This document shows, piece after piece, positions 25,213 through 34,851 of a stretch of DNA of 64,000 bases; the stretch's first letter is position 1, and the number at the start of each line of letters is the position of its first letter. This DNA comes from Octopus sinensis. Lineage: Eukaryota. The notes under the pieces are model-generated. The model did no database searches. It was not told where the DNA came from and saw only the letters and a list, made by a program, of their open reading frames with translations. Where the stretch lies: positions 110,794,001 through 110,858,000 of the forward strand of contig NC_043002.1 of the NCBI RefSeq assembly GCF_006345805.1, read 5' to 3'. The translations under genes and the position numbers were made by a program.

Positions 25213-25613
25213 ATGTTCGTCCTTCGGTTCGAAGATGACCAACTGACATCATCTGATGGAACTGCCGCCATGAGACCTGAGGTGGCTGGTGAGGCCAATC
25301 CGGGCAAGGAAGCCCCTCCCACAGGTGGGGCAGAAGTGGGCAGGGGCCGTGCTGCTGGTGCAGGTGGCTCTAGCTTTACGCATCTGACGTTTCTGCTCCG
25401 CTGACTGAATCCGTCCCTCCTCGGCTGTCCCTGCTCCCACGGTGATTGCGCTGCGCCAGGATGAGCGGTTGGCAGCAAGTGTCTCCCAGGTCTCTGTTCT
25501 GATGGAGAAGTCTTTGAGAGAGACCTTGAGACTATCCTTGTAGTGCTTCTTCTGCCCTCCGACTTTGCGCCTGCCCTGGCCGAGTTCACCGTAGAAGAGC
25601 TGTTTTGGGATGC
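25213..25613 (-). mobile_element. RTE-clade LINE 3' end with C-terminal C2H2 zinc finger, uninterrupted
   Basis: 120 open codons: IPKQLFYGELGQGRRKVGGQKKHYKDSLK...FCPTCGRGFLARIGLTSHLRSH...*. Short 3' UTR. Confidence 0.88.
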
Positions 25614-26075
25614 AACTTAATACCTATGTCTGTCCTTGTTTGTCCCCTCTGTGTTTAGCCCCTTGTGGGTAATAAAGAAATAGGTATTTAATTTATCAAC
25701 CCCAAAAGGATGAAAAGCAAAGTTGACCTTGGTGGAAGACCAGAACATGAAAATGGATAAAATGCCGCAAAGCATTTTGCACGGCACGCTAACAATTCTG
25801 CCAGATTAATTGACTGCTTAAAGGGACATGTCTAACTAATGATATTGCTTACAGGTGTGATATAACTACCAGTACTAATATCTTTATCTGTATAGGCTCA
25901 ACTTCTAACATCAAATCCAGATTACATAAGCTCATAATAAAGCTAATGTCACATCACTGGTTGAAGACGTGTGGCACTTAAAAGACTGTAATAGTCAGAT
26001 TGTAAGCTCGACGCTCTAACCACTGAGCCACGCGCCTTCACAATAATAATAATAATAATAATAATAATAGTAATA

Positions 26076-26330
26076 TAGGGTGCGGACGAAAGGTTGCCCC
26101 AATTTCAAAAGTTAACAAAAAACAAACACATGACAATACAAGAAAAAACTTTGTATTTCTAACAAATGTACAAAGCTCTCCACTCCAGGCCATGGTAGGA
26201 ACCACCTGAAACAGAAAACAAAATGGCATTTAATGAACTTCATAGAAATACAAAATTTTTTCATGCATCTTCATGTGTTGGGGTTTATTATTAAATTTTG
26301 AAATCGGGGCAACCTTTCTGCCGCACCCTG
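26076..26330. mobile_element. Tc1/mariner-like MITE
   Basis: About 35-bp TIRs (c/t)agggtgcgg..gaaaggttgcccc.atttcaaaa with TA flanks. Confidence 0.85.
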
Positions 26331-26343
26331 TATAAGCAAGATG

Positions 26344-26716
26344 CGGAGGCGCAATGGCCCAGTGGTTAGGGCAGCAGACTCGCGGTTTCGATTCCCAGAC
26401 CGGGCGTTGTAAGTGTTTATTGAGCGAAAACACCTAAAAGCTCCACGACGCTCCGGCAGGGGATAGTGGTGATCCCTGCTGTACTCTTTCACCACAACTT
26501 TCTCTCCCTCTTACTTCCTGTTTCTGTTGTACCTGTATTTCAAGGGGCCGGTCTTGTCACTCTCTGTGTCATGCTGAATATCCCCGAGAACTACGTTAAG
26601 GGTACACGTGTCTGTGGAGTGCTCAGCCACTTACACGTTAATTTTACGAGCAGGCTGTTCTGTTGATTCGGATCAACCGGAACCCTCATCGTCGTAACCG
26701 ACGGAGTGCTTCCACC
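26344..26716 (+). mobile_element. SINE family C (tail type 1) with 12-bp TSD
   Basis: TSD ataagcaagatg at 26332-26343 and 26717-26728. Confidence 0.92.
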
Positions 26717-26849
26717 ATAAGCAAGATGACTCATTAGGAACAATAGTATTACTTGAAGTTTCAGTACAATTTCTATAGTGGTTAGTATTATTGCTATCCA
26801 CTACACCAGCAAGGTGGTCATTGTTTAAAAGGATAGGTAGAGGCACAAC

Positions 26850-27089
26850 AAATTCAGCTACACTAGAATTGTTATGGTTATTAGTTGGTATACCAATATC
26901 TGTAAAGTTTTCATTATGAATAGTTATTAAGCCCACCTCTTCTTTACTGGTTCTGTGTGTGCTAATGGAAATGTGGTTACCTGCAGAACCAGTTAAGAAG
27001 AAGTGGATACAATAACTATGAATAATGAAAAATTTACAAATATTGGCTTCCCAACTAATAGCCATAATAGCTCTAGTGTATCTGAATTT
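26850..27089. repeat. Imperfect inverted repeat, 106-bp arms, 28-nt loop
   Basis: 26850-26955 versus 26984-27089: no indels, 18 differences. Confidence 0.9.
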
Positions 27090-27684
27090 ATGTAACTGAA
27101 GACATTTGATATTATATGGAAAGAATTTTTAAATAGTCTAAGATAACCAAATATGCTACCCATCTTATGGAGCCTGTGTGTGTGTAAAAGGCTATATGTG
27201 TATATGTGCACACAAATATACATGTATGTATGTGTGTGTATATATATGTATGTATGTATGTCTCCTCCCCTCTCCCCCTCATCTCCTCTCTCCCCTCTCC
27301 CTCCCCCTCATCTCTCTTCCCTCCTCCACTCCTCCCTCTCTGTTCTCCCCTTCCACTCTACCCCAACCCCCAGCCAAACCCACACCCCACATGGGCTTTC
27401 CCCACCTCCCACCACACTACACTACACTACACCATACGACATTACACATCACATTATACATACACACGTCCAGACTTTTCATACGCACATACATACTCTC
27501 TCATACACACACGCACCCTTATGTTGGGGCGAGGTCATTTGATCTTGTTATCTCCCTACTATCCCTCTTGCGTCTAACGTCTGATCTCTTACTTCTGGCC
27601 GAAATCAGACCGCCATGTTGATTCGTTAGCTTCTGCACGCATTTTTTTCTCTCCTTGTTTCTCTCCGTGTTTCTTTTCTGTGTA

Positions 27685-27722
27685 TCTTTCTGTTGAAGAG
27701 CGTAGGCTCGAAACGCAAAAGA
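27685..27722 (+). ncRNA. Degenerate minimal hammerhead-like motif in a Penelope-like terminus
   Basis: ucuuu-CUGUUGA-a-gagc-guag-gcuc-GAAA-cg-ca-aaaga. Core A6>U and cleavage-site U>C. Confidence 0.45.
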
Positions 27723-27826
27723 CTTGTTTTATTTCTATTCCTGAGTACCATACTAATACAATTGTTTGTTTGTACTCCACCCTGCCTTCGTCTTTTGTTT
27801 ATTTTCGTAAAGCTTCCTATGTATAT

Positions 27827-27894
<68 letters not shown>

Positions 27895-27911
27895 ACCTTC
27901 TGTTATTTCAG

Positions 27912-28125
27912 GATGTTATGCCAGCTATGTCAGCTATCTCTCAGGAGGAAAGTCACAGAATAGAGATCATGCAGAAATATGGTAAACAAAAAGTGTACAA
28001 AGTGATTTCTCATTATCCTGGTCTTGACTCTATGGACATCAGCGTGAATGTGGACGACATTGTTGGTGTTATCAAAGAGCAAGACCCAATGGGGAACAAA
28101 AACAAGTGGTTTGTTGACAATGGAG
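27912..28125 (+). CDS. DNMBP: DNMBP-like exon (penultimate SH3, N-terminal part)
   Basis: tatttcag| ... GGAG|gttagt. DVMPAM...VYKVISHYPGLDSMDISVNVDDIVGVIKEQDPMGNKNKWFVDNG contains the DPMG...W..DNG SH3 motif of DNMBP. 214 nt, phase 0 to 1. Confidence 0.93.
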
Positions 28126-28245
28126 GTTAGTAATCTCATTCTAATTTTCCACACAAAATAATTCAAACTTCTTTATAAATTAGCATTTCATTACAGACAT
28201 CAAATAATTATCTAACAAGCAGCGACTGGCACACAAATTCTGTAG

Positions 28246-28697
28246 TCATCATCATCATCATCATCGTTTAACGTCCGTTTTCCGCGCTAGCACGGGTTGG
28301 ACGGTTCAACCGGGGTCTGGGAGGCCAGGGGCTGCACCAGGCTCCAGTCTGATCTGGCAGTGTTTCTACAGCTGGATGCCCTTCCTAACGCCAACCACTC
28401 CGCGAGTGTAGTGGGTGCTTTTTACGTGCCACCTGCACAGGTGCCAGGGGGGTCTGGCATCGGCCACGATCGGTTGGTGCTTTTAACGTGCCACCAGCAC
28501 AGAAGCCAGGCAAGGCGGCACTGGCATCGGCCACGTTCAGATGGTGCTTTTTATGTGCCACCAGCACAGAAGCCAGTTGAGGCGGCGCTGGCATTGGCTA
28601 CGTTCGGATGGTGCTTTTTATGTGCCACTGGCACAGAAGCCAGGCAAGGCGGCGCTGGCATCGGCCACGTTCGGATGGTGCTTTTTATGTGCCATTG
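28246..28697 (-). mobile_element. 5'-truncated RTE 3' UTR/tail
   Basis: Same family, about four modules. Confidence 0.85.
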
Positions 28698-29074
28698 CCA
28701 ATTTTTTTTGTTTTGTTTTTTTCCACAATCCTTTTACAGGTCTTGGGTATTTTTTTATGGCTTAGCCAAAAGAGGAAGGAAAGACAAATCCCTGAAACTG
28801 CTGAGAGCAAATTATTCTCAGAGTAGAGACCTTCCCCAAATGCTTACAACAAAAATAATTCCGCCAAATGCTCTCCAGGGCAAGGTCAAGTGATGGTATT
28901 AACCCTTTCAGTACCAACCAACCCAGCTGAGACTACTCCTTGTTCTATAATACAAACTTCCAGTTTTAAAGGGATCTAAATCAAAACCTTCCTTTAAAGT
29001 TTCATGTTAATGCATGCTCTTAATACCTACTTAATAATGACTAAGTTTTTACAGATTACTTCATTATTTTCAAA

Positions 29075-29464
29075 AGTGGCTGTGTGGTAAGTAGCTTGCT
29101 AACCAACCACATGGTTCCGGGTTCAGTCCCACTGCGTTGCATCTTGGGCAAGTGTCTTCTGCTATAGCCCCGGGCCGACCAATGCCTTGTGAGTGGATTT
29201 GGTAGACGGAAACTGAAAGAAGCCTGTCGTATATGTATATATATATGTATGTGTTTGTGTGTATGTGTTTGTCTCCCTAGCATTGCTTGACAACCGATGC
29301 TGGTGTGTTTACGTCCCCGTCACTTAGCGGTTTGGCAAAAGAGACCGATAAAATAAGTACTGGGCTTACAAAAGAATAAGTCCCAGGGTCGATTTGCTCG
29401 ACTAAAGGCGGTGCTCCAGCATAGCCGCATTCAAATGACTGAAACAAGTAAAAGAGTAAAAGAG
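29075..29464 (+). mobile_element. SINE family A
   Basis: Family A match, + orientation. Confidence 0.9.
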
Positions 29465-30016
29465 TTGAAATAGTCTCTTTACTAAAAGAGTAAAGAGACT
29501 ATTTCAACAGAAATATGGCAACTAAATGATATTTTAAGTCTACCATTTCGTGAAAAGCAAACCTTTGATCAAAGATACTCAAATCTTTTTCTCAAGTATA
29601 TCTGTGACAGTATCATCCAGTATGTCCTTCCTTTTTTCAAAAAGTTGGATGTGATTTGATGGAGAACTGATGGTGTTTCTAACAGGTTGAATGACCATGT
29701 AGAGGAATCCTGTTTTGGATCATTGACTTATATTTTATTGATCCTGAAAGGACAAAAATCTTGGTTGATGCTTTGGATAAAATACCATTTGTTTGTCTAG
29801 CCATTATACTGGTATTTGTAAGGGTGAAGTGTATATCTGATTGCTGTATATTACTGGTACTTGTTTTATCTATCCCACGTAAATGTCCTTAGTATTGAGC
29901 CTAGCCAGATTTATACTCAGAACAAAGAAAACAAAACTAACGACAATATTTTGTCCTTAGTCACTTTTACCTTTTTGTCTCGACTGTCCTAGTGACCAGA
30001 AAAATATTGATCACTA

Positions 30017-30434
30017 ACTCTTTTACTCTTTTACTTGTTTCAGTCATTTGACTGTGGCCATGCTGGAGCACCACCTTTTAGTCGAGCAAATCGACCTCAG
30101 GACTTATTCTTTTGTAAGCCCAGTACTTATTTTATCGGTCTCTTTTGCCGTACCGTTAAGTGACGTGGACGTAAACACACCAGCATCGGTTGTCAAGCAA
30201 TGCTAGGGGGACAAACACAGACACACATACACATACACACACACACACATATATATATATATACATATATACGACAGGCTTCTTTCAGTTTCCGTCTACC
30301 AAATCCACTCACAAGGCATTGGTCGGCCCGGGGCTATAGCAGAAGACACTTGCCCAAGGTACCACGCAGTGGGACTGAACCCGGAACCATGTGGTTGGTT
30401 AGCAAGCTACTTACCACACAGCCACTCCTGCGCC
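30017..30434 (-). mobile_element. SINE family A
   Basis: Family A match. Confidence 0.9.
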
Positions 30435-30775
30435 TATTGATTTCTTTATATTAACTTGAGTTTTCATTATCATTGTTTAATCTCAGTTCAGCCGTGATCA
30501 TCTCATTTTGTTTTCAGACAATGTATCCTGCATATTCATTCTTTTTTGTTTTTTTTAACCCTTTAGTATTCAAACCAGTTATATCTGACCAAAGTATTCA
30601 GCCTGTTTTATGTTAAAACTGGCCAAGTCCAACCTCTCACACCTACTCTACAATGCCATTCTAAAATTAAACAATTATATCATAAAAATCTCAAGGCTAC
30701 AATATTATACATGATTAATTTAAAACAATGTCAATAGATAGGCATTACGTTTGTCTGAGTAATCTGAATGTTAAA

Positions 30776-31150
30776 GGTGCAGGAGTGGCTGTGTGGTAAG
30801 TAGCTTGTTTACCAACCACATGGTTCCAGGTTCAGTCCCACTGCGTGGCACCTTGGGTAAGTGTCTTCTACTATAGCCCCAGGCCGACCAATGCCTTGTG
30901 AGTGGATTTGGTAGACGGAAACTGAAAGAAGCCCGTCGTATATATGTATGTGCATGTATGTTTGTGTATCTGTGTTTGTCCCCCTAGCATTGCTTGACAA
31001 CCGATGCTGGTGTGTTTATGTCCCCGTCACTTAGCGGTTCGGCAAAAGAGACCGATAGAATAAGTCCCAGGGGCGAGTTGCTCGATTAAAAAAGGCGGTG
31101 CACCAGCATGGCCAGTCAAATGACTGAAACAAGTAAAAAAAAAAAAAAAA
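30776..31150 (+). mobile_element. SINE family A inserted in the right TIR of a piggyBac-like MITE
   Basis: Family A match. It splits ...ttaaagg | ggttaa. Confidence 0.85.
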
Positions 31151-32371
31151 GGTTAAGACAGTATGATTAGACACATTGGTTGCTATTTTTAGCATGTTGA
31201 GCAACTATGTAGAGGCTCTCTCATCGGCTTCTATAGATTCCAGTTTATAATAAGGGCTCGACCAAGCTTTGCTAGATTTCAACTTGGAATTCAGATGAGA
31301 AGATGCATATAACAAGGCATTTGATTGCTTTTGTTAATTCCGATTTTACATTTTTCTCTTAGTTTATAACAAGACCAACTTCTTTATTATCAACTAAGTC
31401 ATTCTTCATTATATTAATGATACTTTTTTATATTGACTCTCCAGAGAGATGACAAAAAAGGTTAGAACTTGAACTCAGAATGCAGAAGAATAAACTTTCT
31501 TCAACACGTGTCTTGCAAACAACTTGCACATGCAAGTGCTACCAGTTAAAAGCTCCGTATACCGGAAGCTAGCAAGTGTATGGGGTCATCAGGAGAGAAT
31601 GCATGCCGTTTCGGGGCCTACCTCTCGACAGCATCAATGCGCACTGGCCCCCCTCACTGATATGAGGCCCCGCTTGCTAGATCAGCTGGTTATGAAGTTA
31701 AACTCAATATACTTCTAGCCATCGCTCATCGTCTCTTTTTAACCAAATCCAGTGGCTAGCCTTCTCCACTGTAGATTAGATATCAGTCCCTCTACTATCT
31801 CATCCCAAATAAGTGATTTCCCAGACTGTCACCAAACTATGAATTTTAGGGGAGGGTATAGTCAAGTGAGTCAACATTTGTGCATGAACTAGTTCTTGTT
31901 GTTTACCAGCTCTGATGAAGCTGAAGAATAACCAAAGGTATTCCAGCCGTGACCATACAATTTCATTTTTTATTAAGATGTAATGTATCAAAGATCACAT
32001 TATTTCATATATTCTTTTGTTTTTGAGATTTAAAATGTGATTTTTGAAGAAGTTTTGGCTACAATTTGTAGCTGATCTACCAACTGATAGTTGTAATGAT
32101 GAAAAGAAAATTTGTCCTTCGGTAAGATTTGAAATCAAGACTTGAAAGAGGGCACTAGACACAAAGTAGTATTTGGTCCTGTTCTCTACTTTCACTGCCA
32201 TAATATTAACAGCATTGTCATATGTTTACTAAGAGGAATATTTTCATACTAATTTCTTTCCATCATCCTGGAAAGCGGCAGTTGCAGCAGTCAATTTTTT
32301 ATTTGATTATTATCATGTTTTTAAAAAAAAATTTTTTTTTTCAAGTTTCTTTCTTGTATTTTATGTTGCAG

Positions 32372-32607
32372 CTGTGAAAGGATTTGTTCCGAAAGGTATT
32401 CTGTGTCACCCTAATCCTGGAGGAGATGAGGAGAACTTCAAAGAGGTCACTGAACCCCATATTTATACAGAGATAGAAGACAAGGCGTCTCTGGCAGCCA
32501 ATAAAGCTACCTCTGAAGATTGGCGTCATGTCTATGAACAAAATGTAGAAACAGAGTCTGACCTTCGTCTGCCTCCTCCCCCACAAGCATCTCTTGCTTT
32601 TGACGAG
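32372..32607 (+). CDS. DNMBP: DNMBP-like exon (end of SH3 plus linker with PPPP)
   Basis: gttgcag| ... GAG|gtcagt. (A)VKGFVPKGILCHP...LPPPPQASLAFDE completes the SH3 KGFVP motif. 236 nt, phase 1 to 0. Confidence 0.92.
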
Positions 32608-32729
32608 GTCAGTAGAATGTCTTAAAGTTTCAATGTATTTTCTTATCATTTACATGCCTACTTTGTTTGGTCTTTATAATACCAGCACCAAATTACCACA
32701 GATATTTTAAGGTGTTTCCATACAGGTGA

Positions 32730-33051
32730 CTAGACCATAACCTTTACCGCCGGATATTTTGGCTGATTGTCATCCTGTACTCCCCTTATTGCTAGCGAAT
32801 TGGTATATGCCGGCTGTGTGAGCAACTGGTTGTTTTAATGGCGGAAGAAAGAGGGGAATTCCATTAGAAAAAGTTTTAATCGATTTTCTCAGTAACTATG
32901 GAGGCTAGAAAAAAAATACAAACTACATTCCAATCTATGCACCCTTCTCCACATGTGTGCCATTTTTTACGCGAATCCAGCCAGCCGTTTGGCTGAGAAC
33001 CTCAAGACAAGGAAGAATACAACATCATCCATGTCCAATTTATATTATAGA
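32730..33051 (-). mobile_element. Helitron-like copy directly abutting 33052-33604
   Basis: Shares about 300 bp of the 5' end with 33310-33604. Putative own CTAG|t end at 32730. Confidence 0.65.
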
Positions 33052-33604
33052 CTAGCAGCTAAGCCCGGCTTCACCCGGTCTGTTTGGATGATGTGGCTGT
33101 GATTGTTTTTGGTTAGGCATATGTGAATGAAAATTAAGTTCAGACCGGTACATGGTAGCTAGACCTGTTAGAAATAGCAGCCAAATCTCCCTCAAAACAC
33201 CCTACTGTCTTAATCCGACAATTCTGCTTATTATGTAGTTTGAATGAGAAAGTGTAACTAAAAATTAAGATTATTAACCCCACAAAGAGGTGAAAGAAGA
33301 GAGTGAAAGTTTTGGCTGACTGTCATCCTGTACTCCCCTTGTTGCTAGCAAAATGGTATATGCCGGCTTTGTGAGCAACTGGTTGTTTTAATGGGGGAAC
33401 AAACAGGGGAATTCCATTAGAAAAAGTTTTAATCGATTTTCTCGGTAAGTATGGGGGCTAAGAAAAAATAGAAATGGGATTCCAATCTATGCACCCTTCT
33501 CCACATGTGTGCCATTTTTCACGCGAATCCAGCCAGCCGTTTGGCTGTGAACCTCAAGACAAGAAAGAATACAACGATCACCCATGTCCAGTTTATATTA
33601 TAGA
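33052..33604 (-). mobile_element. Non-autonomous Helitron, second family
   Basis: Minus strand a|TCtataatataaac... ending ccgggtgaagccggg..ctgCTAG. Confidence 0.75.
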
Positions 33605-33679
33605 TTAGTTTTGTGGTTTTGGTATATAATTATTTTTTCTAATTTTGTAATCTTTTATTTCCTTTTCTTTATATTATAG

Positions 33680-33871
33680 TTGTACATTGCTGAGTATGCT
33701 TTTCAATCTGGAGGCCTCAACCAAGTATCTTTGTTTGAGGGCCAAGTTGTGACAGTCCTTGCTAAACAAGATATGGAAGGAAATGAAGAATGGTGGCAAG
33801 TAGATGCTGATGAAAATATTGGTTATGTCCCTGCTGCCTATATTAGAAAAATTGATGCCACACCCACATGA
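33680..33871 (+). CDS. DNMBP: DNMBP-like terminal coding exon (C-terminal SH3 and stop)
   Basis: tattatag| LYIAEYAFQSGGLNQVSLFEGQVVTVLAKQDMEGNEEWWQVDADENIGYVPAAYIRKIDATPT*. Canonical SH3 (WW, GYVP..YI). Confidence 0.95.
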   Translation: MYIAEYAFQSGGLNQVSLFEGQVVTVLAKQDMEGNEEWWQVDADENIGYVPAAYIRKIDATPT

Positions 33872-34208
33872 ACTTTCATTTAAATGAAAATTTGTCTTGG
33901 TAACTCATGTGCATTTCTAATGATCAATTTAGAGAATCCCTCAGTTTCCATTGGCTCCATTTTTTCTTACCATCACCAAAACATTTCCAGGGAAACTGCT
34001 GTTCACATGGATTCCTCCATCAGAAACAACCAAACTTTGCTGCTTCCTTCTAATTATTTTTTTCATTCACAGACATTTATATTAAGTTTTATAAACCTTG
34101 CTGTAAAAGAGTTTGTTTGTTTTTTTTCTCTCTCGTAACAAAGAATAATTATTGAAAGCAGTTTATCTTACGTTGTTGTCATATTATCAATATTTTAATA
34201 GATAATTG

Positions 34209-34214
34209 AATAAA
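34209..34214 (+). promoter_or_regulatory. Candidate proximal poly(A) signal of the DNMBP-like gene
   Basis: AATAAA about 340 nt after the stop. Others occur at about 35347 and 36527, so the true end is unknown. Confidence 0.3.
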
Positions 34215-34627
34215 ATTGAAGATATTTTGTTAGTATTTTTCTCCTTCCACTTTAGGTTTCAATTTAAAAGAAGTTCATTTTCTGAAAAAACTGAGTGCTA
34301 TATAATTAATTCTTCAATTTCTGAATTCATGTGAAAAACAAAAAAACTCCAGCCAAGTGGACACATCTATCAAGCCATTTCATCATCTTTGCAAACAAGT
34401 TTTCAAAATCTTTTATATTAAAAGTTTTTTGGGGTTTTTTTTTTTTTTTTTTTTTCAAAATTTTTTTTCCAGCTGCATGAACAAAATCTTTGTTAGCTTT
34501 TAAAACAAAGAGAATATTTTTACATTTGACTCTCAACTTGGATTTTATTTTATCTTAAAATGAAACAAATAGTGTCAATGAAGCATTCTTGCTTCCAATT
34601 CTTGGAAATAAGTTTTTTTAATGATTA

Positions 34628-34694
34628 AAGTATATATATATATATATTATATATATAAGTATATATATATATATATATTATATATATATATAAG

Positions 34695-34750
<56 letters not shown>

Positions 34751-34776
34751 GATATATATATATATATATATATAAG

Positions 34777-34851
<75 letters not shown>
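34628..34851. repeat. Interrupted (TA)n microsatellite downstream of the stop codon
   Basis: About 220 bp of TA repeats with sparse interruptions. Confidence 0.95.

Noticed and set aside
26673-27065. 130-aa Asn-rich unspliced ORF
   Set aside because: Spans both arms of an inverted repeat and ends in a SINE; arm differences are mostly non-synonymous in the frames tested.
27261-27360. C/T-rich tract as functional H-DNA or G4 element
   Set aside because: Low-complexity segment of a repeat-rich block with nothing indicating function.
31604-31635. Hammerhead-like CUGUCGA...GAAAC on the minus strand
   Set aside because: Core variant, mismatched helix II, no NUH triplet and no convincing helix I or III.
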